A stretch of 58,259 nt of DNA from the IMG/VR virus record IMGVR_UViG_3300047509_000193, positions 1 to 58,259 of that record. The stretch is one strand, 5' to 3'. The notes beneath the pieces were generated by a model. That model was given only the letters and a program-made list of their open reading frames with translations, was not told the origin of the DNA and did not search any database. Origin of the DNA: a virus (lineage: Duplodnaviria > Caudoviricetes). Positions 28,098 through 36,734 of this stretch are shown here, piece by piece; position 1 is the stretch's first letter; each line of letters starts with the position of its first letter. Both the position numbers and the translations under genes were made by a program.

Positions 28098-29011
28098 CGG
28101 CCGAGCGCCCGCTTCAATGCGTCGATCTCGCGCTGCTGATCCTGAATTGCGCGGACCAAGACTGCCGTCAGTTGCATGTAGCGCACGCCCTTGATCTCTC
28201 CGTCGCCGTCGCGGCCGATCAGCCTCTCGTCGATCGCGCCGACTTCTTCGGCCATGAGGCCGACTTGGCGTCCGAGATGCGCCGGGTTGAACTCCGGCTT
28301 GAGGTCGTAACTCACCGGCCGCATCCGCAGCACGGCTTCGAGTCCGATATCGAGCGGTCGATCGTCCATCTTGAACCTCGCCGACGAGGCGAGGCAGGCA
28401 ACCGTAGTGTCAACGGTGATGGCGCCGGTGCCAGTCGTCCAGCACAGCGTGCCGGTCTGCGCGACGGAGGTCTGCGTAAGGGCCGGTGCCTTCATCTGCG
28501 CGATAAGGTTAAAACCTTGCGTCGAGTCGAAAAATCCTGCTTCTACACCGCCCGTTGCAAACCCAAGCTGATTTGCATTAGGCAAATAGATGCCAACGGA
28601 GGGAGCAACATTAGCAATAACGGAAACCCGCTGAGCAGACAGCACATTGACCGTTGTCGTGCCCTGGAATGTGGGCGCATTGGAGAACACGACGTTGCCG
28701 GTCCCCGTGGTGCCCGTGACGGCGACAGTGTTAAGGCTTTGCAAGTTCGCAATCGTAGGCGTACCGCCGAGCGTGTAGGTGCCGGCAACGGTGCCGCTGA
28801 GCGTCGGGCTGGCGCTGTAGACGACGTTGCCGGTGCCGGTTGGGGTGCCGACAGAGACACCGCCGATGCTGGCTATGGTCGGACTTGGGTAAGTGCCGGT
28901 AAGGTCACCACCAGCGGCACCAGCAGCCACAGACACCGATGTGGTGACTTGCTGTGCTGAGGCCGGGCCAACGGCCAGCAGGGCGCAGAGAACGAAGACA
29001 AAGCGCCTCAT
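28094..29011 (-). CDS. Fibre protein with C-terminal Peptidase S74 intramolecular chaperone and signal peptide
   Basis: SSARFK...LRMRPVSY...GLMAEEV...VRY..LTAVLVRAIQDQQREI; repeated TGTGNVV shaft; MRRFVFVLCALLAVGPASA-Q start. Confidence 0.8.
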   Translation of the reverse strand: MRRFVFVLCALLAVGPASAQQVTTSVSVAAGAAGGDLTGTYPSPTIASIGGVSVGTPTGTGNVVYSASPTLSGTVAGTYTLGGTPTIANLQSLNTVAVTGTTGTGNVVFSNAPTFQGTTTVNVLSAQRVSVIANVAPSVGIYLPNANQLGFATGGVEAGFFDSTQGFNLIAQMKAPALTQTSVAQTGTLCWTTGTGAITVDTTVACLASSARFKMDDRPLDIGLEAVLRMRPVSYDLKPEFNPAHLGRQVGLMAEEVGAIDERLIGRDGDGEIKGVRYMQLTAVLVRAIQDQQREIDALKRALGR

Positions 29012-29511
29012 TGCACGGTCCCCGAGAAGGCTGCTGTCGCACTAAGCGTCTGTGTGAATGGCCCCGTCGTTGAGAAGGCTGCGACGATGCCATTGACAAA
29101 GGTTAACGCTGGGCTAAACATCACAGACAGGGCGCCATTGGTGCCGTTGCTGGTGATCGGCCACCACCACTTAGGCACGGTGGCGCCATTAGCGGCTATC
29201 GCCACCTCGTCGATGACAAGCACCCAACCGGAGGTTGCCCCAATGGTCACAGTGAGCTGGCCAAGGGCGCCGGCAGCGCCCTTGAGTATGTGGCTGCTCT
29301 CTGTGGCCGTAGAGACAACTGGGGCCACTGCAATGCCAGAAGGCACAACTGGAAAGGCGATAGTACCACCTGGACCAATAGCACCCGGTACATCTTGGCA
29401 GCTTGCTGCCCCCTGCGCGTTGACGACGGGGACGCAGATCTTGACCGTTTGCTGGGCGGACGCTTGGCCTGCCAAGAGGCAGGCCAGAAGGGCAATGACT
29501 AGGCTTCGCAT
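29008..29511 (-). CDS. Beta-rich protein with signal peptide
   Basis: MRSLVIALLACLLAGQASA-Q; within the fibre cluster. Confidence 0.7.
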   Translation of the reverse strand: MRSLVIALLACLLAGQASAQQTVKICVPVVNAQGAASCQDVPGAIGPGGTIAFPVVPSGIAVAPVVSTATESSHILKGAAGALGQLTVTIGATSGWVLVIDEVAIAANGATVPKWWWPITSNGTNGALSVMFSPALTFVNGIVAAFSTTGPFTQTLSATAAFSGTVQ

Positions 29512-29526
29512 GAACAGGGCCTCAGA

Positions 29527-30015
29527 TCATGGTGACGAGTAAGGTAACACGAGGATAAGCTGCTGTGTCCCTTTGTCGCACACGGCATAGGCGTCGATAT
29601 GGCCTGTCCCGCCCTGCGGCAATGCCGGAGACAAAGAGCTGTTCCTGGACCACGTTCCTACGCCGCCGCCAGAGGCAAAGACATCCCCGCCATCTGGGCC
29701 GCTTGCCGTTGCATGGGCCGAGCCAACGACTGCATAGCCACTAGCCGTTGGGTCACTAAGAATTTGTGTCAGCTGCCATCCAGTAATGCTAATTGGCGCG
29801 CCGGTGTCGAAGGGGCCAGCTGCTCCGCCTGGCGTTGGGCAGATCGAAAAGGCTCCAAACGGGCAGAGCGGCCTGCCATAAGATGATACTATGGGGGCAG
29901 CCCAATAACCAAAGCAAGAAAGTGGAGCTGTTACCCAGTAGATCGACCACATGCCACTGGCAGACAGAGGCAATGCCACAAGCAGGATAAGGAGAAAGGA
30001 GAAAACCCTGCTCAT
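29527..30015 (-). CDS. Exported-type hypothetical protein
   Basis: MSRVFSFLLILLVALPLSASG start; coupled to the tail fibre gene. Confidence 0.6.
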   Translation of the reverse strand: MSRVFSFLLILLVALPLSASGMWSIYWVTAPLSCFGYWAAPIVSSYGRPLCPFGAFSICPTPGGAAGPFDTGAPISITGWQLTQILSDPTASGYAVVGSAHATASGPDGGDVFASGGGVGTWSRNSSLSPALPQGGTGHIDAYAVCDKGTQQLILVLPYSSP

Positions 30016-31196
30016 GGAGAGGCCTGCCCCCCTGTCGAGGTTGTGCCGGCGATAGCGCCTGGATACACCGTGCCACTCGTTGAAAGCACACCGTTGAGGT
30101 TTATATCGTACTTCTTCCCAGTGATCGCCGCACCGACACCGGTAAATGTCGTAGCACCTCCCGAAGATAGCAGAGAGCCTTGTGAAACTACGAAAATAGG
30201 ATTTCCAGCGTAGCTCGTTGCCTGTGGCACGTTGATGGCCTGTGCCGCCAGATCCAGAAATCCAAGATTGCTGACATTCACAAAGTTCAGAGCCGTTCCT
30301 GAGCCAACGATGGAGATCGGCCCCGTGAATGTTATTCCACCAAACTTTGAAACGGTGACTTGCGCAACGGCAAACCCGGTATCGCCAAACGCGACATTGG
30401 ACAAATCGGCGACCGCAAACTGATCTACGGCAATGCAGCCTGCCCCGCCCTTCAGGGTCACACCGCTAAATATGATCTCCGCGTAATCTGTGAGAAACAT
30501 CGTGGCGGTCAGGTTGGACGCACCCTGGATCACAACGTTGGCTGGTGTGACTGGATCGCCTCGCAAGACGTATGCGTTCCCGCCGACCATCGGTCCAGCA
30601 GCAAGAATATTCTCGTGGTAGGTGCCATTTGCAAGCTGCAGGGTAACTGTCAAGCCAGCAAGATCAATGTTGCCACGGAGATAATTGTGTGCGAATTGGA
30701 TTGTTTTCCAGGCAGCAGCACCAACGCCAGTGCCATGCGCCCCATCATCTGTGCCCAAAACTGGGTCTACGAAATAGGTGGCAGCAGCAGGGCGGATGCG
30801 TGCTCCAAGCATAGTGTTGACTTGGGTAACAGTAAGGTCAAGGATGGGACCGGTGCTTACGGTGTTGTTGCCCTTGAGGGTTAGGGTTGGCGCCGGCGCC
30901 AACCCTGCATTTGTCACTCCGCCTGCAGGGATAGAGTCCTGTGTAAGTTGATCCCAAATGAGGTTTCCAAGGCTGTCTTTGACAATTTGCCGATACGTTC
31001 CACTGCCCCAGATCAGAGCCTCTCCCGCGCCATCGAGCAGGACTGGATTGGTGTTGGGCGTGCTCTGGGCTTGGTCTTGCCAGGTGGTTTTCAAGGTCAG
31101 GGTACTGGGTATGTAAAACCCTACGGTGCCCCCGGCAAGGGGCACGCCTTGGGCGTCGAAGAATTGGGTTTTGCCCAATGGCAGAATGGAGGTCAC
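30012..31196 (-). CDS. Tail fibre/spike with N-terminal virion-attachment domain
   Basis: QFFDAQGVPLAGG.V.FY...TNPVLLDGAGEA.IW..G.YRQIVKD N-terminus typical of podovirus fibres; AWKTIQ.A beta-helix entry motif. Confidence 0.8.
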   Translation of the reverse strand: MTSILPLGKTQFFDAQGVPLAGGTVGFYIPSTLTLKTTWQDQAQSTPNTNPVLLDGAGEALIWGSGTYRQIVKDSLGNLIWDQLTQDSIPAGGVTNAGLAPAPTLTLKGNNTVSTGPILDLTVTQVNTMLGARIRPAAATYFVDPVLGTDDGAHGTGVGAAAWKTIQFAHNYLRGNIDLAGLTVTLQLANGTYHENILAAGPMVGGNAYVLRGDPVTPANVVIQGASNLTATMFLTDYAEIIFSGVTLKGGAGCIAVDQFAVADLSNVAFGDTGFAVAQVTVSKFGGITFTGPISIVGSGTALNFVNVSNLGFLDLAAQAINVPQATSYAGNPIFVVSQGSLLSSGGATTFTGVGAAITGKKYDINLNGVLSTSGTVYPGAIAGTTSTGGQASP

Positions 31197-31654
31197 AAGA
31201 GGGATGCTCCGCGCCAGTGCAGGACTGGATTTGGTGTCTGCCAGGCGTCAAGCAGGCTCGTAACGATCTGTCGGCTTTGGGGCTTGAGGTGCTTAGTTAC
31301 GACTACGCCAAGCGCGGGGCGCTGCAGCGCCAGAGAGACAACAGGCAAATAGAGATCATCCAGCTGCGCTCGACCTGCAGAGGTATCACTTAGCTTGCAC
31401 TCGAAGATTAACACCGCACCGTTGATGCCTAAGATGGCGTCTGGTTGACAAAAGCCAGGCCCGTTGGCATCCTGATAGGCGAACCAGGGGCCAAGGCGGG
31501 CCTGCCTTGGCAAGGCCCTTCCGAAGGCCCTCTCATACGCAAGGCCGAGGGCCTTGACACCCCTTGCACGGCCCTTTGGGATGCTCGCGGGACGCGAGCA
31601 TGGCCTTGCCCAAAGCAAGCCCTGCACGACTCTGTGTCCCCAAGGGCTATACAT
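31193..31654 (-). CDS. PD-(D/E)XK nuclease-like protein
   Basis: GLAYE...CQPDAIL...IFECKL...QL..LY. Confidence 0.65.
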   Translation of the reverse strand: MYSPWGHRVVQGLLWARPCSRPASIPKGRARGVKALGLAYERAFGRALPRQARLGPWFAYQDANGPGFCQPDAILGINGAVLIFECKLSDTSAGRAQLDDLYLPVVSLALQRPALGVVVTKHLKPQSRQIVTSLLDAWQTPNPVLHWRGASLL

Positions 31655-32096
31655 TGCTGGTCTCCGGCCCCAGCAGCATCCATTCCGGAATGCTAGTGCC
31701 GACTTTGTAATATGCTTGTGGCCGTTCGCGCGTTGGACGGACGTGTAGGACACGTCCAGTAGACAATTTCAGCCTGCAAATATCTTGTGCAACATCATAC
31801 TCGTTGCTCACGACGAACGGAGGGGACTCAGGCCTCTCCAGGACGCCACCGCGGCCCAGCCTAGGCCTCTCCAGGACGTCTGCGACGGATGCCTCTTGGC
31901 ATTGCTCGGCCCCAAGGACGTTGACCGTGGCATACATGACCAGCCTACCTTCGCCCGTCATGAACTTGATCCAGCCCTGATCGGCCAAGATGAGCTTGGC
32001 GAGGCCAAGCTGGTGCAATGTGTTGTCCAGGTCGCGGATTTGCCAGGCCTTGAGGGTCTGCTCGGGCTTGAGGGGCAGTTTGGCGAAGTCAGGCAA
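31647..32096 (-). CDS. Hypothetical protein
   Basis: 149-aa ORF in the minus-strand operon. Confidence 0.5.
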   Translation of the reverse strand: MPDFAKLPLKPEQTLKAWQIRDLDNTLHQLGLAKLILADQGWIKFMTGEGRLVMYATVNVLGAEQCQEASVADVLERPRLGRGGVLERPESPPFVVSNEYDVAQDICRLKLSTGRVLHVRPTRERPQAYYKVGTSIPEWMLLGPETSNV

Positions 32097-32170
32097 TGGA
32101 GCAGGCCTTTGGCAATGACAGGGATCGAACCTTTGGCAATGACAGTGCCTCTCCAGGACGTCTGCACACG

Positions 32171-32734
32171 CTAAACATCGCTGCGCTCTTGCTCAATGAC
32201 AAGGCCTTCGGGCTCGGGGGTGTGGAATTGGACATTGATGACCACAGGAGGCGCCACAGCGCTCCCCTGAGCCGTTGCATTCTTGCTCGGGGCGATGCTC
32301 CGATCAAAAGTTGCTGTCATCCACTGCCTTAGCTCTTGCAGGGAGAAGTCCTCGGGGGCCTCGTCGAGGCGCTGTTGGGCTTCTTCAAGACAGCTAAAGC
32401 CGAAGGCAGCCAAGCGCTCGTGGACATTCGCGTACTGTGCCTGGACTTGGACCTTGTAGTACTCAAGCAATTCGGCGAAGGCCGGGTCCTGCTTATAGCT
32501 GCTGATCCGCGCCTGCGTGATGCCTGTGATGGCGGATACCTCGATGTTCGGCCGACCTTCAGCGAGCAGTCTTGCAACCAAGTGATGGGTCTGTCGGATG
32601 GCCTTGATCGGGGCCGGTCCAACCCTGGGCAAAGTCGGCGCGTCGAAGTCCTCGGGCGTAAGCTCCCTAAGCACTTCCAGGTGCAGGGGCTCCGCCGCTT
32701 GGCCCTTCCGAGACATGGTAAATGTGTCGTCCAT
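32171..32734 (-). CDS. HTH protein, putative terminase small subunit
   Basis: HHLVARLLAEG...EVSAITG...RIS..KQDPAF HTH, helical middle, VVINVQF C-terminal strand; near the start of the late arm; start uncertain (32716-32827). Confidence 0.55.
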   Translation of the reverse strand: MDDTFTMSRKGQAAEPLHLEVLRELTPEDFDAPTLPRVGPAPIKAIRQTHHLVARLLAEGRPNIEVSAITGITQARISSYKQDPAFAELLEYYKVQVQAQYANVHERLAAFGFSCLEEAQQRLDEAPEDFSLQELRQWMTATFDRSIAPSKNATAQGSAVAPPVVINVQFHTPEPEGLVIEQERSDV

Positions 32735-33213
32735 CGGGGCATGATGCAGCAAGCAGGATGAAAACATAGGACGGCACGAAGTGCCGTGGCCGGAATAGCC
32801 CCTCCGTGGGCCTGTTTGACCATCCAAGTGTGGGCTGCACCCCTGTATTACAGAAAATCTTCAGGAGTTAGCTCATTTTCGTGCATTTTTGCTGTGAAAT
32901 TAGCCTGCTCTCGTGCCCTTTTCGCATTTTTCTTGCATTTCACAGAGCAGTATTGCCTAGTTTCACGAGTCATTTCGTAAATTGCGCCGCAGCGAGCACA
33001 AGTATTGGTACTTTTTGGCATCTGGCTATTGCGTACGGCCTCCTCTCCATCTTTATTCTACTCTTTCCAATGCCCAGCAACAGGACTGTTAAGAAACCAG
33101 CTATAAGAAAACGTAAAAAAGTGATAACCGTGTTTGGTGGTCCTGCAAAGCATTCTAAGCAAGATCCCTGGACCACATACCCCGCCACCCCTGGGGTGGC
33201 CTAAGCGAGGGAG

Positions 33214-33237
33214 GGAGGGTGACACTTGTCACCCTCC
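33214..33237. terminator. Inverted repeat just downstream of gene 33242..33487
   Basis: GGAGGGTGACA-CT-TGTCACCCTCC; no clear U tract. Confidence 0.45.
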
Positions 33238-33241
33238 TGCA

Positions 33242-33487
33242 TTACACCTTAAGTATCTGCTTGATGGCAATAATCTGCGCTTGTGTCACCTTGAGCGTTT
33301 GCCCGTTAATGACCAGTTCATTGGTCAAGGCGCATTCTGGATGCGCGCGTAAGTACGCCTCCATTATCATTACTTTCATGTGATCCACGCAGTACGTGTG
33401 ATCCTCATACGTGAACTGCGCGCCCTTGCCACAGCCTTGACCTTTGCGGTCTACGCCGTGGCATGGAACCTGGGATTTGTATTGCAT
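33242..33487 (-). CDS. Small Cys/His zinc-binding protein
   Basis: C..vdrkGq.C...YC.DH pattern. Confidence 0.55.
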   Translation of the reverse strand: MQYKSQVPCHGVDRKGQGCGKGAQFTYEDHTYCVDHMKVMIMEAYLRAHPECALTNELVINGQTLKVTQAQIIAIKQILKV

Positions 33488-33804
33488 CGCTTTGCCTTTC
33501 GTTGTCATGCCATGCCATAAGGTCATGCCAGCCTGTCACTGTCAATGGCTGAGTGGGCTTAGCGCGATCACGAAACCGTGATTGAAAGGCCCGTTGGCCC
33601 GCCGACGACGGCCCCGATCGGACGGCCCGGCAATGCCCGCCACGGCCCGCTACAACGTGGGGACGGGCCGGCCCGTCTACCGGGACACCCAACAATCACG
33701 CGCGTCTACGGCCCGCCAATGGCATTGTGCGATGCACAAAAAGCACACCCAGCCTTGTCATTCTGTACCCTTAAAGAAAAATGCATGGCTTTGCATTTTT
33801 CCTA

Positions 33805-33833
33805 TTGACCTTTAGGCAAAGCCCGATTAGGTT
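33805..33833 (+). promoter_or_regulatory. Sigma70-type early promoter
   Basis: TTGACC-N17-TAGGTT at the head of the plus-strand arm, preceded by the inverted repeat AAAAATGCA-N6-TGCATTTTT (33777-33800). Confidence 0.65.
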
Positions 33834-33995
33834 ATGTCTATCGAAACGACGGAAAGGCCTTTCATGTTGAAACGCAAAGCGGACTAAGCCTACCACCCTG
33901 CGCGGGGCGAGACAAAATACGCGCAATGCACGAGGCTCGACTAAGGCAAAGACGACAGGTAAACACGATCCCTGTTGCAAACGAAAGACAATGAC

Positions 33996-34544
33996 ATGAC
34001 ACAAGTTCAAATTGATATCCCTCATGGAATGCAGGCAATCTTGGTTCCTGCTGACTTGGTTCTCAAAGGCCACGGCTATGAGGCCGAGGCCGCTTCTTTG
34101 CTTCCCACAACTGCGGCCTATCTGTTGCAAAACGGGTGGACGCAGGCTCACGGCGATGCCAAGGCAGTGACTGCCAAGGATACCGAAGGGATGTCCGAGG
34201 ACGAGGTTAAGGCCCTGAAAGCCGAGCGGCTTGCCGCAAAGCACGACGCGATCATGGCCGGAACGGTCGGAACCCGCAACGGCGGACCTCGCCTTGTCGG
34301 CATTGACAAGATGATCCAGATCGTTGCGATGGAGGAAGTTGTCGCCTGGGCCGCGTCCAAGGGCAAGAAGCTGCCCACCGGCAAGGGCGCGGCGGAGAAG
34401 CTGCGCGCATCGGTCGAGTCCTACATGGCGAATGCCACGAGGGCCGAAAAGGTCCGGGCCAAGGCGCAGGAGCGCATTGACAGCCAGAAGCAGGCGGTCG
34501 AGGCTCTCGGCGAGGACGACTTCGACTTCGAGACTGCGGCGTAA
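33996..34544 (+). CDS. First early gene, hypothetical Ala/Lys-rich protein
   Basis: 182 aa between promoter and terminator; ends EALGEDDFDFETAA. Confidence 0.8.
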   Translation: MTQVQIDIPHGMQAILVPADLVLKGHGYEAEAASLLPTTAAYLLQNGWTQAHGDAKAVTAKDTEGMSEDEVKALKAERLAAKHDAIMAGTVGTRNGGPRLVGIDKMIQIVAMEEVVAWAASKGKKLPTGKGAAEKLRASVESYMANATRAEKVRAKAQERIDSQKQAVEALGEDDFDFETAA

Positions 34545-34553
34545 TTTGTCATT

Positions 34554-34578
34554 GGGGGAGCAACGTTGCTCCCCCTTT
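34554..34578 (+). terminator. Intrinsic terminator-like palindrome
   Basis: GGGGGAGCAAC/GTTGCTCCCCC followed by TTT. Confidence 0.7.
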
Positions 34579-34603
34579 CCTCCTTGTGTAAGGAAACAAA
34601 CCA

Positions 34604-34855
34604 ATGGCAAAGCAAACGTTGCACGATCGCTTTTTGGCTGCACTTTTGGCCAAAGGCATGAAGCTTGACCCAAAGGCAAGGTCGAGCAAATACACGGTTC
34701 TTACCGTACCAGGCAAAGTCGGCAATTTCTATCTTGGCAGTGGCGGCGCGTTACGGCTTGGGCCATCCATTGCTGCCAGTCACAAGGTCAGTGACAAGAT
34801 CAGGGCCGAGCTACTGGCTTTCAACCCTGAGCTATCGCCAAGTGACTTCGCATGA
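34604..34855 (+). CDS. Hypothetical protein with C-terminal ELSPSDF motif
   Basis: AAGGA RBS; FYLGSGGALRLG motif. Confidence 0.75.
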   Translation: MAKQTLHDRFLAALLAKGMKLDPKARSSKYTVLTVPGKVGNFYLGSGGALRLGPSIAASHKVSDKIRAELLAFNPELSPSDFA

Positions 34856-34915
34856 TCCACTTCCTTTGGCTGTGGTTCTGCTTCACCTTTGCACTTTACA
34901 TCATCCAGCGATAAC

Positions 34916-34951
34916 GAGGCGCCCTTCGGGGCGCCTCCATTCCTTTCGTTT
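34916..34951 (+). terminator. Intrinsic terminator with cUUCGg loop
   Basis: GAGGCGCCC-TTCG-GGGCGCCTC then a pyrimidine-rich tail. Confidence 0.7.
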
Positions 34952-34995
34952 GCCCATAACATCCCCCAGCCGGCCGCTTCGCGGCCGTAGCGACG

Positions 34996-35167
34996 TAGGG
35001 TAGTGTGCCCTGAGCATAGGGTAGGCCCGAGGTAGGGTAGGTAGGGTCAATCTGCCCCAAATCAAGGAACAAAACGTGAACACGGGGGCGCAGGTGAGGT
35101 CATTGACGTGCCTGCGGGGGGCCAAGGTAGGGTCCATAGGGCTGCTATAGGGTAGGGCAGCATAGGG
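34996..35167 (+). repeat. Cluster of nine TAGGG repeats in non-coding DNA
   Basis: TAGGG at 34996, 35017, 35033, 35042, 35128, 35137, 35148, 35153, 35163. Confidence 0.8.
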
Positions 35168-35377
35168 TGCTTATATACCCAATAGCCCACCTTTCGTTAG
35201 TCAAACAGTGCCACCCAGCCCCATATACGCCCCCACATGCTATCTCCAGCCACAACTCCGAGCACAATTCCCATCATATCTCACCACATTATCCACCCCC
35301 CACCCTTCTCTCCACAACCCACCCAGCCCCACCGACCCACCCTACGGCCCCCCAGGGTGGGGGTGGGCTGGTCTTTC

Positions 35378-35396
35378 TTTTTTTTTTTTTTTTTTT
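35378..35396 (+). repeat. T19 homopolymer after a GC-rich imperfect hairpin
   Basis: Read directly from the sequence. Confidence 0.85.
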
Positions 35397-35583
35397 AATA
35401 AAAACCTGGGTAGAGGCCCACCCAGGGTAGGGGATGGCCACCACCCCGACGACCCACCATAGGGAATATCCCCCCTAGAGAGAAGGGTGGGGGGTGGCCA
35501 TCACGGTGAGATATGATACACTTTCAACCACCCTACATCATATGCGCGGCACAAATCCGCTTCCTGCAAAGGAAACCCCCTAG

Positions 35584-36084
35584 ATGCCCATCACCCAAGA
35601 GCGCCTCCACAACCTAGTCCTCGAGGCCGAGGCCTTCGAGCAGGCTTTCAACGACCTGCAAGAGCAGGTCCGAAAGACCTTGCAAAGCGCTCAGATGGCC
35701 TTAATTCGTTACAACCGCAGGCCAGCTGAAGTGCTTACCAGCACAATACTTATGTTAGAAGCTGCGGCCACGCAGAGCGCGCCAAACAACGCTAACATAA
35801 GGGTTGAGCGTTACCACTGGACAAAGTTCCACCGTATCAACGATAAGAATAGAGCTAAAATGGCAAGGCGCCGCATTGGCGAGGAGGGGCTAAAGCCCCA
35901 AGAGGCAACAACCGAGTACGTCCCGCCAAGCATCGACGAGATCGAAAAGGCCATAGCCAGGATCGAGGCCGAAGACATGGCAAAGGCAGCCTTGCTCCCA
36001 GAGGCCTTTACACCCCCCGTAGATTGGATGGAAAACACCGTCCCTGATCTGAGTCAACCAGCTACCTTGGAGCCAAAGGAATGA
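35584..36084 (+). CDS. Hypothetical protein
   Basis: 166 aa, AAGGA RBS, first ORF after the non-coding island. Confidence 0.7.
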   Translation: MPITQERLHNLVLEAEAFEQAFNDLQEQVRKTLQSAQMALIRYNRRPAEVLTSTILMLEAAATQSAPNNANIRVERYHWTKFHRINDKNRAKMARRRIGEEGLKPQEATTEYVPPSIDEIEKAIARIEAEDMAKAALLPEAFTPPVDWMENTVPDLSQPATLEPKE

Positions 36085-36377
36085 GCAACTTCAACGAGAA
36101 CCTCGACTACGTAATCGAGCGCCACGGCCTACAGCAAGACGAAATAGCAGCACTACTTCTGACCTATCTCGCCCGCCGCTTTGCACGGCTCGAGTTCGCC
36201 GCTGATTACATGGCCTATTACCTGCAACAGGTTGCACCAGCTTTCTACGTACCTTACAATGGAAAGATCACAAAGGAGGAATCTGCACGGCAAATCACAG
36301 AGATCAAGCAACTCCGTTTCACACTGGACATGGAACTTCAGCGGCTCAATCCAACATACAGGGCAAAGAAGAAGTAA
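36081..36377 (+). CDS. Hypothetical protein
   Basis: 98 aa, ATGA coupling. Confidence 0.65.
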   Translation: MSNFNENLDYVIERHGLQQDEIAALLLTYLARRFARLEFAADYMAYYLQQVAPAFYVPYNGKITKEESARQITEIKQLRFTLDMELQRLNPTYRAKKK

Positions 36378-36526
36378 GGCTGGCAAGCGGCATGTCCATT
36401 TCGGCCCACATTTTGATAGCGTAACCGGCACACATTGGCTATTTACACCCACGCCACCATAGTCTATCATACCCTATGGCACCACTTGTGCCACCCACAA
36501 CGGACCAGCGATAAGGAGTGTCCCCA

Positions 36527-36730
36527 ATGCGCACCGAGTACACCAACGAAGCAGCCAAGCAACATCTTCTCACTGCTTTCAATCTTCTTGCACCAGACGG
36601 CAAAGCACAGAAGGCCATCGTCAAGTGCGTCAAAGAGCTTGAGCACGAGCACACACATCCAGACCGCATACTGACAGAGATTGCTGCAGCTATCCTTGAT
36701 GGCCTGCGCTACGGCAACTGGAGGGGCTAA
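36527..36730 (+). CDS. Hypothetical protein
   Basis: TAAGGAG RBS; ends DGLRYGNWRG. Confidence 0.65.
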   Translation: MRTEYTNEAAKQHLLTAFNLLAPDGKAQKAIVKCVKELEHEHTHPDRILTEIAAAILDGLRYGNWRG

Positions 36731-36734
36731 GGCA

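Noticed and set aside
10312-28960. Long plus-strand ORFs opposite the structural genes (e.g. 11437..12327, 12227..13333, 18281..19237, 27096..28139, 27890..28960)
   Set aside because: Antisense shadows of GC-rich coding genes; no motifs or RBS, and they overlap confident minus-strand genes.
33771-34679. 302-aa minus-strand ORF in the early region
   Set aside because: Antisense to the well-supported 33996..34544 gene and its promoter and terminator.
35167-35462. ORFs 35167..35430 and 35208..35462
   Set aside because: Low-complexity Pro/His and poly-Phe translations of the skewed non-coding island; no RBS.
34996-35470. CRISPR array or telomere in the TAGGG region
   Set aside because: Repeats are only 5-9 bp with irregular spacing and lie internally; there is no repeat-spacer periodicity.
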